This document shows, one piece after another, positions 37,927-48,069 of a stretch of 64,000 nucleotides of DNA; position 1 is the first letter of the stretch, and each line of letters opens with the position of its first letter. The translations under genes were made by a program, and so were the position numbers. The stretch covers positions 1,600,001 through 1,664,000 of the forward strand of contig CAWJEN010000006.1 of the NCBI GenBank assembly GCA_963841915.1, written 5' to 3'. This stretch comes from an uncultured Planctomycetota bacterium. Lineage in GTDB: Bacteria > Planctomycetota > Phycisphaerae > Tepidisphaerales > Tepidisphaeraceae. The notes under the pieces are model-generated. The model worked only from the letters and a program-made list of their open reading frames with translations, was not told the origin of the DNA and made no database searches.

Positions 37927-38842
37927 TTTCTGCCAAGCGGCTGGCGTCGGACGCGGGCGTCCAGTGTTGTAGATCATGGTGAAAGTCCTCCAATTGCTTA
38001 AGATTGTCCGGTTCGAGTTCCACGTCGAGTCGGCAGGTGGTGCCGAGCGAGAGGCCACGCATGCCGAGGAAGGCCTTGGCGTTGGCGGGGTAGCTGGCCG
38101 GGATGAGCTGGTCGAGTCGGTCGAGCAGTGACAGTGTCTGCGGGCGACTGTCACCGTTGCAGCGGGCGGCCAATAGTTCGGGTGCGAAGTTGCAGGCAAC
38201 GCCCGAATAGCCAGAGCCGCCCGCTTCGATTGACGATTGCAGCGTCGGCAGGTGCGCGTTGTAGAAGGCGAGGCGGCTGCCAGAGACAGCTTCGCACTTT
38301 GCACGAATCAACGATGCGTCGCACGACGTGTCCTTGTGAAAGATGACGCGATCCGTCTCCGCCAGCCACGCCATCGTGTCCGGCGACAGCCGGCGGTGGT
38401 TCGGCCACGGGCACTCATAGATGCCCAGATCCGCGTCTTGGGTCTCCACCAGCAGCTTGGCAAAGGTATTACGCCATGCTGCCTCCGGTGCTTCAGCAGG
38501 CACAATTGTGCCGGCCGCGAGAACGATCGCATCAACACCGGTGCGTGCCATGTCGTTCGTCAGGCGCGTCAATTCGTCGAGCCCAACGTCGGCCACGGCA
38601 CCGGCGACAACGGGAACGCGGTCATTGATCGTTTCGACGGCGACCTCCGCCAGCCGCACCATCTCGTCCAAGGACAAGTGCTGGATCTCGCTCGAAAGAC
38701 AAACGGCGAAAAGTCCCGAGCAGCCATGAGACAGATAGAAATTGATGAGCTGGCGATACGCAGACTCATCGACCTGCTGATCATCGGTGAACGGCGTGAG
38801 CATGACCGGCCAAGCGCCGGCGGGCAGGGTAACTTGGGACAT
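37904..38842 (-). CDS. Dihydrodipicolinate synthase/aldolase-family protein
   Basis: GAWPVMLTPF, LFAVCLSSE, GIYECPWP, FHKDTSCD. Confidence 0.85.
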   Translation of the reverse strand: MSQVTLPAGAWPVMLTPFTDDQQVDESAYRQLINFYLSHGCSGLFAVCLSSEIQHLSLDEMVRLAEVAVETINDRVPVVAGAVADVGLDELTRLTNDMARTGVDAIVLAAGTIVPAEAPEAAWRNTFAKLLVETQDADLGIYECPWPNHRRLSPDTMAWLAETDRVIFHKDTSCDASLIRAKCEAVSGSRLAFYNAHLPTLQSSIEAGGSGYSGVACNFAPELLAARCNGDSRPQTLSLLDRLDQLIPASYPANAKAFLGMRGLSLGTTCRLDVELEPDNLKQLEDFHHDLQHWTPASDASRLAENASIQAA

Positions 38843-38913
38843 AGGTGTCAATACAGCGGGCAGATGAGTCGGCCGCCCCGTCAAGGCCGGCCGACTCGGA
38901 AGGAGGAACAGCG

Positions 38914-39783
38914 TTAGCGTCGGCGACGCATGCCCAGAAGGCCGAGGCCGACCATGCCGGCAATAGCCGAGCCGGGCTCAGGGATGACGTTGATGAGCAA
39001 GTCGCCCTCGGCCACAATCGAATTGCTGATCCGCACTTCGTCGATCAGTCCGTCAAAGTTATTCTCGTAGCTGGTGCCGCCATTGGTGCGGGCGCCAATA
39101 GAGAATGCCGGGTTGTCAAAAACGGCAGGAGCGAGGGTGGTGACGCCCGATTCGACGGTGGTGAAGCTGAACAAGGAATTGTTGAGGTTCTCGATCCTGG
39201 TTGTCAGCGTGTCGGCGGTGGCGTCGTATGTCAGGGCGGCGAAGTACGTCTCGCCCTCGACGAGATCAGCGCTGCCGAAGGGGACGCCGCCAACCAAGCC
39301 GCTGTTGTTGCCGTAGAGGCCCTCGAGGAACGTCGGGTTCCCGGCTCCAGTCGTGGTGCGAATCCGAAGCTCATAATTGCGGGTGCTGTTGCCCGGCTCG
39401 TTGTATAGCGATATCAACGTCTGCGAGTTGTTGCCCCCGACGGGCAGTGCGTCAGGCCGAAAGAACAATTCAATCGTGAAGTCGCCCGTTTGCACGAGCG
39501 TTGCCGAGTTGCCTTGACTTTGATTGTACGCGACAAAATTGCCAGCCGCGCCGTCGCTCGGGTCAAAGTCGAGCCCGGTGCCGTCGACTCCAGCGACCCA
39601 GTCCGGATCCCCGCCATTTGAAGTCGAGAAGCCAAGCAGAAGCGGGTCGGCGACGCCGCCGGTCGAGGCGGCGTTTTGGCCGGACCCTTCGTCGAACTTG
39701 AAGTACCCAACAGTTGCGGCTGGCGATGATGCCGTGCCGGCACCCAGGGCCGCTAGCGTGATGAAGGTGGTGGTGCGGATCAT
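38914..39783 (-). CDS. LamG-like PEP-CTERM protein
   Basis: YFKFDEGSG, FTIELF, FDGLIDEVRIS, IPEP...RRRR. Confidence 0.88.
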   Translation of the reverse strand: MIRTTTFITLAALGAGTASSPAATVGYFKFDEGSGQNAASTGGVADPLLLGFSTSNGGDPDWVAGVDGTGLDFDPSDGAAGNFVAYNQSQGNSATLVQTGDFTIELFFRPDALPVGGNNSQTLISLYNEPGNSTRNYELRIRTTTGAGNPTFLEGLYGNNSGLVGGVPFGSADLVEGETYFAALTYDATADTLTTRIENLNNSLFSFTTVESGVTTLAPAVFDNPAFSIGARTNGGTSYENNFDGLIDEVRISNSIVAEGDLLINVIPEPGSAIAGMVGLGLLGMRRRR

Positions 39784-39849
39784 GGTTTCTCCTCTATGAG
39801 AATGGGTGTGAAAGAGCGTGCCGATCGCGTTGCCGGTCGCTCTGAAAAA

Positions 39850-40929
39850 TCAATTGGGTTCGACCAGACGCGGCCGGACGATCAGGTCGACGGCAATGGT
39901 GTCGGACGGGTCTTGAATGCGGTTGAGCAGCTGCTGAACGGCGCAGCGGCCAATGAGGTCGCCGCGAAGGTCGATGGCGGCCGGCTTTGGGTGGGCGGCT
40001 GCGAGCAGCGGTTCGTGGTAGCCGCTGACAACGATCTTGATGTCGCGCTCGGGCTCGATGCCGTGACGGCGAAGCGCGGCGTGAACGGTGCCAAGGACGA
40101 ACGGGTTGCTCAGAAGCAGGCCGTCCGGCACCGTCGACCGACTCACCAGTTCGTCCACCAGCTCGTTTGCGGAGGCGATGAGCTTGTTCCAACCGTCCGG
40201 GTCTGACTCTTTCGGCAGCGGCATGTCGCGCTGCAACTGCACGCAGCTGGCACCTGCCTGCTCGGCCGTGAAGCGAAAGTACTTCGACCGGACGGTGATG
40301 GCAGGACTGCCCTGATGCGTCTCGAGGCATGCAAGGCTTCGGCAGCCTCGGCCGATCAGATATTCAGCGGCCAGTTCACCGACATGCTCGTTGCCCGCCA
40401 ACGCCGCCGTGCTGCCGTTCGGGTCGCGGTGGCTCGTCAGCCAGACCATGGGCCGCTGCGGGATGTCCGCCAGTCTTCCTCGGGCATCGGCACCACCGGC
40501 GATGAGCAAACCGTCGATCTTCCCGTCACGGACTGCCTGAGGCATCTCATCGTCATTGGACAAATCGCAGTAGAGCATCGTCTTACCGGCCGCCGCCAAA
40601 GCCGCCGCGACGCCTCGGACCGTCCGCGAAAGGTCAGTCGAGTATTTTGCCAGCACGTCGTCGCTGAAGAGCACGACGGCGATGACATCGCTGCGGCTTG
40701 CGGTGACTGAGCGGCTCATACCGCTGGCTCCTGTGGATGATCGAGCTTGCTTCCGCGACTTGCGAAGCGGCTTGTAGTCCAGTTGTTCCATCGCATCGCG
40801 AACCCGGTCGCTCTTGTCGGAGGCAACTGCGGCGCTACCTGACAGCACGCGCGAGACAGTCGCTGTCGAGACGCCGGCATGGCGTGAGACATCCTGGAGC
40901 GTGGCCGGATTGGATCGTGTGGTGGTCAT
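39850..40929 (-). CDS. LacI-family transcriptional regulator
   Basis: ATLQDVSRHAGVSTATVSRVL HTH plus sugar-binding-like C-terminal domain. Confidence 0.88.
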   Translation of the reverse strand: MTTTRSNPATLQDVSRHAGVSTATVSRVLSGSAAVASDKSDRVRDAMEQLDYKPLRKSRKQARSSTGASGMSRSVTASRSDVIAVVLFSDDVLAKYSTDLSRTVRGVAAALAAAGKTMLYCDLSNDDEMPQAVRDGKIDGLLIAGGADARGRLADIPQRPMVWLTSHRDPNGSTAALAGNEHVGELAAEYLIGRGCRSLACLETHQGSPAITVRSKYFRFTAEQAGASCVQLQRDMPLPKESDPDGWNKLIASANELVDELVSRSTVPDGLLLSNPFVLGTVHAALRRHGIEPERDIKIVVSGYHEPLLAAAHPKPAAIDLRGDLIGRCAVQQLLNRIQDPSDTIAVDLIVRPRLVEPN

Positions 40930-40951
40930 CGAAAATCCTCGTGTCAGCGTT

Positions 40952-41773
40952 TCAGTCAAGGACGATCTTGCCGACCCGTGCCGGAGCGAAGTACCCACCG
41001 CTATCCGGCTCCTGCGCGTCCTGTCCGTCGATGAGCAAGCCAAACCAGCGGCTCGTCACCTCGTCAGCGACCGCAAACTTTGCGTGGCCGTCGAGGAAAA
41101 CGTAATTGCGCCCGCCATCGTGCGGCTGGTCGCTGATGAGCCGAGCGTCCTGAAGTCGCATCCAGCCGGAGAACCCGACGTTGCTTGGTTTGGCTACATC
41201 GGGCGTGGTCTTGTTGGTCTCGCCCGGGAGTCGCACCATCCGCGGACGCAACGCCGCCGCAGTCGTAACTTCATTGCTGTCCATATATTGGACAGTCTCG
41301 ACGGGGGAGAGCTTCAACTTCGGGAACGTCGTGACGACACCGTTGGCCACGTACGACGTCTGGCTGTCCTGCCCGAAGATGCTGTCGATGTCCGTTTCAG
41401 TTGCCGAAGGGCACTGGTACGCATCGCCAATTTCTGCAAGATGACCTGACTCAATCATCGACGAGATCCACGTGTGCTCGAAGCTCGGATCATCCACTGG
41501 TCCCGTCACGCCGTTCAAAATCGAGGCGTTGGCGGACCAGCCGAAGTGGTAGCTGGTGGAGTCGAACTCGTTGCGATACGACTGAGACGCCGTGTTGAGC
41601 TGCCTGAGATTGCTCAAGCAAGTGACCTTCTTGGCAGCGCTTCGTGCACGATTCAGCGTCGGCAGCAAGATGGAGATCAGCAGTGCGATGATGCCGATGA
41701 CAACGAGCAGTTCGACCAGCGTGAAAGCATGTCGCCGTGGCTGTGTAGATTTCAAAGTCTGATTCAGGGTCAT
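40952..41773 (-). CDS. Prepilin-type N-terminal/DUF1559 H-X9-DG protein
   Basis: [41 protein letters not shown]. Confidence 0.88.
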   Translation of the reverse strand: MTLNQTLKSTQPRRHAFTLVELLVVIGIIALLISILLPTLNRARSAAKKVTCLSNLRQLNTASQSYRNEFDSTSYHFGWSANASILNGVTGPVDDPSFEHTWISSMIESGHLAEIGDAYQCPSATETDIDSIFGQDSQTSYVANGVVTTFPKLKLSPVETVQYMDSNEVTTAAALRPRMVRLPGETNKTTPDVAKPSNVGFSGWMRLQDARLISDQPHDGGRNYVFLDGHAKFAVADEVTSRWFGLLIDGQDAQEPDSGGYFAPARVGKIVLD

Positions 41774-41855
41774 TTGAGCCTCCTCAAGGCCTAGGTGGGT
41801 TGCGATTGATAGAGTTTGACAGATCGCACTGCTCGTGTCAAGATGATGAGCCCGA

Positions 41856-41873
41856 TTACAGATGTAACTTACA
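41856..41873. promoter_or_regulatory. Putative operator in the divergent promoter
   Basis: TTACA-GA-TGTAA-C-TTACA overlapping inverted repeats between divergent genes; TTGACA hexamers on both strands just upstream. Confidence 0.4.
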
Positions 41874-41907
41874 GCACGCTGCGGCAGAGGAGGCCGTTTA
41901 GTTTCAA

Positions 41908-43431
41908 ATGTCCGCACGTCCTTTCGACCTGTTCGCCATAGTCGTCTACCTGATTGCCGTTGCCGGCATCGGGATCTGGTTCGCCCGCAAGAACGAGTCG
42001 ACGAGCGACTACTTCCTCGGCAACAAGGGGTTTGGCGGCGTGGTGCTCGCGTTGTCGATGGTCGGCACGTCACTCAGCTCGATCACCTTTCTCGCACTGC
42101 CGGCTGCGGCTTATGCGCTCGATTGGCGGCTGCTGGTCAGCAACTGGATGATGCCGCTGGCGGCGCTCATCGGCATGTTCGTCTTCGTGCCGTTCTTCCG
42201 GGCCGCGAAGGTGGTGACCGCGTACGAGTTCCTTGAGCTCCGATTTGGGCCGTGGGCCAGGCTCTATACGGCCTGCAGCTTCATGATCCTGCAGTGGGTC
42301 CGCGTCGGGACGATCCTCTATCTCGTCAGCTTACCGGTGGCCTTGCTGTTCGATGTCGATCCGAGGGTCGTCGTCGTGTTACTGGGCATCTGCCTGATGG
42401 CCTACACCGTTGTCGGCGGCTTCGACGCCGTCGTCTGGACCGATGTCATTCAGGTCATTGTGCTGATCATCGGCGGCATCGTTGCCTTCGCCTTCGTTAC
42501 CTTCCAAACGCCTGGCGGCTTGGGTGCCAGCCTCGCCGATGCGGCGGCGGCGGACAAGTTTCATCTCGGCGATTGGGATCTCGACTTCACCCGTCGAACC
42601 GCCGTCACACTGATGGTGCTCGGCCTGATCGGCTGGATCAGCGTTTACGGCACCGAGCAGACCACTGTCCAACGCATTATTTCTGCGCGAACTGACAAGG
42701 ACGCCCGCAAGGCGATCTGGCTGGCGGTGGTCATCAGTCTACCCATTTGGACCTTCTTCTACCTGATCGGCACGTCGATCTGGGGGTTCTACCAGCGGGC
42801 TCCTGACGCGGCCGTCGTGGACATGGCGGCGGATCAGGTCTTTCCGCACTTCATCCTCACGCAGCTGCCGGTCGGCGTAGCCGGCATCATCATCGCAGCG
42901 GTTCTGGCGGCGGCCATGAGTTCGCTCGACAGCTCGATCAACTCCGTCTCGACGACCTTCATCAACGACATCTACCGCCGCCATCTCAAGAAGGGCCGCG
43001 GCGACCGCCACTACCTTTTTGCCGCAAAGGTTACCTCTCTCGTCACCGGCATCCTCATGATCGTCGGCGGCCTCATGTACGCCTCGGCCCAGCACGAGTC
43101 GATGCTCGACACCACGAAGGTCATCGCCAGCATCTTCGGCGGCTGCACAATTGCTATCTTTCTGCTCGGCTTCTTCACAATACGCGTCGGCGAGAAAGCC
43201 ATCCTCTGGGCACTCATCCCGGGCCTCGGCATCAACATCTATCTCGGCCTTAATGCGGCCGGCATGCTGCCGGAGGCGTACGCGTCGCCAATTCATAATT
43301 ACTGGATCAACGCGTTCGTCAATGTGGTTTTCGCTGTGTTCGCGATGGGGCTGACCTGGATGGGGCTTAAGCAGCGCAAGAGCGTCCAAGGCTTGACCGT
43401 CTGGACGACAAAGAAGGAGCAGGCCACGTGA
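41908..43431 (+). CDS. Sodium:solute symporter (sugar/sialic-acid type)
   Basis: DYFLG, SSITFLALPA, AYEFLELRFG, GGFDAVVWTDVIQ, AAAMSSLDSSINS; many TM helices. Confidence 0.93.
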   Translation: MSARPFDLFAIVVYLIAVAGIGIWFARKNESTSDYFLGNKGFGGVVLALSMVGTSLSSITFLALPAAAYALDWRLLVSNWMMPLAALIGMFVFVPFFRAAKVVTAYEFLELRFGPWARLYTACSFMILQWVRVGTILYLVSLPVALLFDVDPRVVVVLLGICLMAYTVVGGFDAVVWTDVIQVIVLIIGGIVAFAFVTFQTPGGLGASLADAAAADKFHLGDWDLDFTRRTAVTLMVLGLIGWISVYGTEQTTVQRIISARTDKDARKAIWLAVVISLPIWTFFYLIGTSIWGFYQRAPDAAVVDMAADQVFPHFILTQLPVGVAGIIIAAVLAAAMSSLDSSINSVSTTFINDIYRRHLKKGRGDRHYLFAAKVTSLVTGILMIVGGLMYASAQHESMLDTTKVIASIFGGCTIAIFLLGFFTIRVGEKAILWALIPGLGINIYLGLNAAGMLPEAYASPIHNYWINAFVNVVFAVFAMGLTWMGLKQRKSVQGLTVWTTKKEQAT

Positions 43432-44870
43432 AACAACCGAATGTCCTCTTAGTCATCACGCACGACATGAGCCCGCGGCTCGCCTGCGACGGTGACCCAT
43501 ACGCCGTGACGCCCAACCTCGACAAGCTCGCGGCCAAGTCGACGCGGTATGAACGGCATTACTGCCAGTGGCCGCTTTGCGGGCCAAGCCGAACGGTGCT
43601 GATGTCAGGTCTTCGGCCCCAGACAACCCGCCGGCATGCAAACGAGTCCTTCTGGGGCACGCTCCGAGAGCGGATGCCGAACGGCTACGCGACGTTGGGC
43701 GGGGCGTTCAAGAACGCCGGCTACCACACGGAGCAGGTCTGGCAGGTTCTGCACGCTTACGAGACGGACGAAGAGAGCTGGACGGAGCCGACCTGGTTCC
43801 CACCAAATCCACCGGCACCTGATTGGGCGAAGGGCAAGATCGACGCCGACGAATTACGCTATTGGCAGACGGCTGACGCCTTCGATCTGATTCGGCGGCG
43901 ACTTGAAAAGGCACAGGCACGTGGAATTGATCCGGCGAAGTACCACCGCTACGCCCGCGGCCCGACGGTTGAGGCTGCTGACGTACCAGATGATGCGTAC
44001 CCCGACGGGCGGGCGACGGATCATGCGCTTCATCGCATCGCAACGCTCGCGAAGGGCGACAAGCCCTTCTTCCTAGCTGTCGGCTTCGAGGCCGGGCACC
44101 TGCCGTGGACCGCACCGAAGGCCGACTTCGACCGTTATGATCCATCAACGTTCATCCTGCCCGAGCCACACACGCCCCCGACGGGGAGCCCGCCGTGGGC
44201 GATGAACGACCAGGAGCCGGCTCAGTACTACACCGACACCGATTACGACGAGTCGTGGGCTCCGAGTGAGACGCAACTCCGCGAGATGATGCACGGCTGC
44301 TACGCCTCCGTCACCTTCCTCGATCGCCAGGTCGGCCGTCTGCTCGACGCGCTTGAGCAGGCCGACATTGCCGACGAGACAATCGTCGTCTTCACGAGCG
44401 ACCACGGCTTCCACGTCGGTGAGCACAACTACGTCGGCAAGCACAGCTTCTGGGACAAGAGCACACACTGCCCGCTGATCGTCCATGTCCCGGGCCGCGA
44501 TGCAGCAGTCGAGCCGGGCGTTACGGAGCACGTCGGAATACTGCCGACGCTGTGCGATCTGGCGTACATCGACAAGCCCATCGGCATCGAAGGCGAGTCG
44601 TTTGCCGACCAGCCCAATGACGCCGCCTTCAGCTATCGCCGCCGCCTGCCGGGTGACAGCAACTGCTACTACTACGACGCTGTATCAGTACGAACAGCCG
44701 ATCATCGCCTGACGATCTACCGCGACGAGGAACGGCAGGAACTCGCCGCCGAATTATTCGACTACGCCACCGATCCGCTCGAGAGCCGCAACGTCGCAGG
44801 CGAGCTGCCGCAGGTCGACCGCGACTTGCGCCACCGCCTCGCCCCGCACCTCGTTGCCTTCGAGACCTGA
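43428..44870 (+). CDS. Sulfatase (iduronate-2-sulfatase-like)
   Basis: PNVLL, CGPSR, HLPW, SDHGFHVGEH, ELFDYATDPLE. Confidence 0.9.
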   Translation: MKQPNVLLVITHDMSPRLACDGDPYAVTPNLDKLAAKSTRYERHYCQWPLCGPSRTVLMSGLRPQTTRRHANESFWGTLRERMPNGYATLGGAFKNAGYHTEQVWQVLHAYETDEESWTEPTWFPPNPPAPDWAKGKIDADELRYWQTADAFDLIRRRLEKAQARGIDPAKYHRYARGPTVEAADVPDDAYPDGRATDHALHRIATLAKGDKPFFLAVGFEAGHLPWTAPKADFDRYDPSTFILPEPHTPPTGSPPWAMNDQEPAQYYTDTDYDESWAPSETQLREMMHGCYASVTFLDRQVGRLLDALEQADIADETIVVFTSDHGFHVGEHNYVGKHSFWDKSTHCPLIVHVPGRDAAVEPGVTEHVGILPTLCDLAYIDKPIGIEGESFADQPNDAAFSYRRRLPGDSNCYYYDAVSVRTADHRLTIYRDEERQELAAELFDYATDPLESRNVAGELPQVDRDLRHRLAPHLVAFET

Positions 44871-44997
44871 CACGCCCGCTCCTGTGACACGACACGCAGT
44901 GTCGTCAAGCCACGCCCGGTTCAAGCCTATCCGGCGACACAGAATGTGGAGCGACGGTTGTTCTAGCTGGATTAACTAAGCCAGATTGCTCTGACCT

Positions 44998-47499
44998 ATG
45001 ACGACTCGACCGCTTCCGACGGACTGGACACTGACCTTCGCCGGCTCGCCGCCAGAGCACGTGCCGCCAAAGTCGGCACTGTTTAACTTTCCTGCGACCG
45101 TGCCCGGCTGCGTCCACACGGACCTGATCACTGCCAATGTGATTCCTGACCCTTACCCCGGCCACAACGAGCATGCCAGCCACTGGATCGGCTGGTGCGA
45201 CTGGAAGTACGCGACGACAATTGAGCTGACGCAGGGCGATCTTAACACTGAGCACCTGGAAGTGGTGTTCGATGGCCTCGACACAGTTGCGACCATCCGG
45301 CTCAACGACGAGATCATCGGCGAGTCGCAGAACATGCACGTCCGCTGCCGATTCGACCTCAAGCAGCACGGCCGCGTCGGCGACAACGAATTGTCCGTCA
45401 CCTTCAAGTCACCACGCGTCGCCGCTCACCTCAACGAATGCGAGATTGGCGGCCTGCCGATCATTGGCTCAGGCAGCAACCCGCAGCTGCCGCACACGAT
45501 GCTGCGGAAAATGGCCTGCAACTTCGGCTGGGACTGGGGGCCGCAGCTCCTGACGAGCGGCATCTGGCGGCCGTGCCGGATTGAGGCGTGGGAAACCGCC
45601 CGCATCGCCGACGTCCGGCCGCTCGTGATGCGGGCGGACGAGGACGTGGCCGAGGTCGACGTGCGGGTCGACGTCGAGGGCGAGGCCGAGGTGCAGGCGA
45701 CGCTGCGCGACCCCGACGGCAAGGTGGTCGCCGAAGGCTCAAGCCGCCTGACGGTCGAGAAGCCGCGACTCTGGTGGCCCGTCGGCTACGGGGATCAGCC
45801 GCTATACGAGCTGACCATCGAACTGCTCGACAGCGATCGCGTGCTCGACAGCCGCACTCATAGCGTCGGCCTGAGGACTGCGAAGCTAGTCACGACACCC
45901 GACGCTGAGCCCGTCGAAGCCCTCGGCCAAGGCGAAACGTTTCAGATCGAGGTTAACGGCCAGCGCGTCTTCTGCAAAGGTGCCAATTGGATCCCCGACG
46001 ACTGCTTCCCGCACCGCGTCACGCCCGAGCGCTACGCCGAGCGGGTCGACCAAGCCGTGTCGGCCAATATGAACATGCTCCGCATCTGGGGCGGCGGACT
46101 GTACGAGGATCACGCGTTCTACGAGCATTGCGATCGCGTCGGCATGCTTGTGTGGCAGGACTTCCTCCTCGCCTGCGGCTGCTATCCAGAGGAAGAGCCG
46201 ATGCGGAGCCTGATCGAGCACGAGGCCCGCGACAACGTCGCCCGCCTCGCCCGGCACCCATCGCTGGTGTTGTGGAACGGCTGCAACGAGAACATCTGGG
46301 GCACCTTCGACTGGCCTGAGCCGTGGGTCAGCATCCGCGAGGAGGGGAAGCGGACGTGGGGCCTGGGCTACTACCTCGACGTGCTGCCGCAGATCGTCCA
46401 AGAGCTCGATCCGTCCCGCAGCTACTGGCCCGGCAGCCCATACAGCGGCTCGATGGAGCGTCATCCCAACGCCAACGAGTATGGCAATCGTCATATGTGG
46501 GACGTCTGGAACGGCCACGGCGACTACCGCAACTACCTCGGTCACTTTCCCCGGTTCGCCAGCGAGTTCGGCTACCAGGGTCCGCCGACGATCCCGACGT
46601 TGGACGAAGCCGTTTCGCCCGATGGCCGCTCGTGGCTGTCGGCCGACATGCACCAGCACAACAAGCAGAAAGTCGGCCAACAGCGGGCGCTCGACCGTAT
46701 CGCCGACGACTTCAATATCGAGAACTCGGATTCTCCTGAACGATTCGATGACGTCTGGTTCCTCGCCACGCTGCAACAGTGCAGGGCGTTGACGCTCGGG
46801 TGCGAATGGTTCCGAGCTCTTTCGCCCTGGTGCAGCGGTGCACTGTATTGGCAGCTCAATGACTGCTGGCCGGTGGTCAGCTGGGCCGCGATCGACGGCA
46901 GTGGTCGGCCCAAGATGTTGCTTGAGGCGACACGCCGTTTCTTCCGCCCACGCCTGCTGACGATCCTGCCTAGTGAGCCAATCTCTGAGGGAAAAGAGGC
47001 AGACGCCTATTCCGTCTACTTGCACAACGATTCCAAAGAAGCCTGGTCGACGCGAGTCAGGATCCGCAAGATCAATCTTGAAGCAGCAACCTTGGAGGAA
47101 CACGAGGCCGACCTTGACGTCGCTCCGAGAGCGACGGCAACGCTGCGACTTCCCGAAAGCTTCCTCGGCACGCCCGGCGAGCTGTTGCTGGCGGAGACGC
47201 CAGACGATCGCGCCTGGCACTTCTTCGGACGCGACAGAGAGATCGATTATCCGGTGCCTGATCTGGAGGTCGCCGTGGAGCAGACGGCGACGGGTCGTCG
47301 TCTTCAGGTGACTTCAAAGACGACCATTCGTGATCTGTATTGCTTAAATTCGACCAGGGCCGCAGATCTCGCCCGCACGCGACAAGGTGTGCACCTGCTG
47401 CCGGGAGAGACGGCTGCTTTCGACCTGGATGACTCTGCCGATCCCAAGCCTCGGCTGATCAGCGCGAACCATGTCTGCCATTCAATGACAAGAGGTTGA
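44998..47499 (+). CDS. Glycoside hydrolase family 2, beta-mannosidase-like
   Basis: ATVPGCVHTDL, FGWDWGP, KGANWIPDD, NMLRIWGGG, LWNGCNE, FASEFG, WQLNDCWP. Confidence 0.92.
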   Translation: MTTRPLPTDWTLTFAGSPPEHVPPKSALFNFPATVPGCVHTDLITANVIPDPYPGHNEHASHWIGWCDWKYATTIELTQGDLNTEHLEVVFDGLDTVATIRLNDEIIGESQNMHVRCRFDLKQHGRVGDNELSVTFKSPRVAAHLNECEIGGLPIIGSGSNPQLPHTMLRKMACNFGWDWGPQLLTSGIWRPCRIEAWETARIADVRPLVMRADEDVAEVDVRVDVEGEAEVQATLRDPDGKVVAEGSSRLTVEKPRLWWPVGYGDQPLYELTIELLDSDRVLDSRTHSVGLRTAKLVTTPDAEPVEALGQGETFQIEVNGQRVFCKGANWIPDDCFPHRVTPERYAERVDQAVSANMNMLRIWGGGLYEDHAFYEHCDRVGMLVWQDFLLACGCYPEEEPMRSLIEHEARDNVARLARHPSLVLWNGCNENIWGTFDWPEPWVSIREEGKRTWGLGYYLDVLPQIVQELDPSRSYWPGSPYSGSMERHPNANEYGNRHMWDVWNGHGDYRNYLGHFPRFASEFGYQGPPTIPTLDEAVSPDGRSWLSADMHQHNKQKVGQQRALDRIADDFNIENSDSPERFDDVWFLATLQQCRALTLGCEWFRALSPWCSGALYWQLNDCWPVVSWAAIDGSGRPKMLLEATRRFFRPRLLTILPSEPISEGKEADAYSVYLHNDSKEAWSTRVRIRKINLEAATLEEHEADLDVAPRATATLRLPESFLGTPGELLLAETPDDRAWHFFGRDREIDYPVPDLEVAVEQTATGRRLQVTSKTTIRDLYCLNSTRAADLARTRQGVHLLPGETAAFDLDDSADPKPRLISANHVCHSMTRG

Positions 47500-47500
47500 T

Positions 47501-47898
47501 CATGATGCCGAACGACAAGAAGCCGACGCCGCCAAGGCCCTTGAAGCTCTCGGCTGAAATGTGCAGCGGAGTCAGGGCAAACGCGACTCGCCTGACGGCA
47601 AGCACGGTTTCATCGACTCTTAGAAGCGGGCCGACGAGGTCTTTGCCGATGTGAATCCAGCCGCTCGCTGCTTTGGGCCGAGTTATTCGGAGAAGCGAGC
47701 TTCCGCACCAAGCTCAAGACGTGGCTTAAAGCCGGCAGCGTCAGCCACGATGAGTCGCACGTCTCGCCGCTGAGCCAACTTTTGAAGGCGGAGCAGGAGC
47801 TGGGCGAAGCGAACGCCAAGGAGCTTCAGGCCAAGCCCGCGATCATGCTGCGGTGGGGCGATGTCGACCAGAGTGGCACAACCGACAAGTACGTCTGA
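47501..47898 (+). pseudogene. Degraded coding remnant of unknown family
   Basis: Protein-like frames broken by stops and a shift: HDAERQEADAAKALEALG*...; AELFGEASFRTKLKTWLK...IMLRWGDVDQSGTTDKYV*. Confidence 0.35.
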
Positions 47899-48011
47899 GT
47901 CTGTGAGTGAGGTGGTCACGTGGCTGCAACAAGGAGCTTCGTCAGACTGGCGGTCTGAGGGACCGCGGCTCAGAGTCTTCCACTAGACCCAACACATCTC
48001 ACAGATCCTCC

Positions 48012-48055
48012 GCCTCCGTGCCTCCGTGCCTCCGTGCCTTCGTGCCTTCGTGCCT
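48012..48055. repeat. Orphan octamer array GCCT + (YCGTGCCT)x5, same family as the dnaE2 insertion ends
   Basis: CCGTGCCT x3 then TCGTGCCT x2 at 48016-48055; 14 bp past the stop of the minus-strand gene. Confidence 0.93.
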
Positions 48056-48069
48056 CCGGGTATCCACAC

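Noticed and set aside
37978..38304. N-terminal extension of the 1023-aa ORF
   Set aside because: Overlaps the DHDPS-family gene; the signal peptide indicates a start near 37926.
48012..48055. Octamer arrays as CRISPR
   Set aside because: 8-bp units with no spacers and no cas genes.
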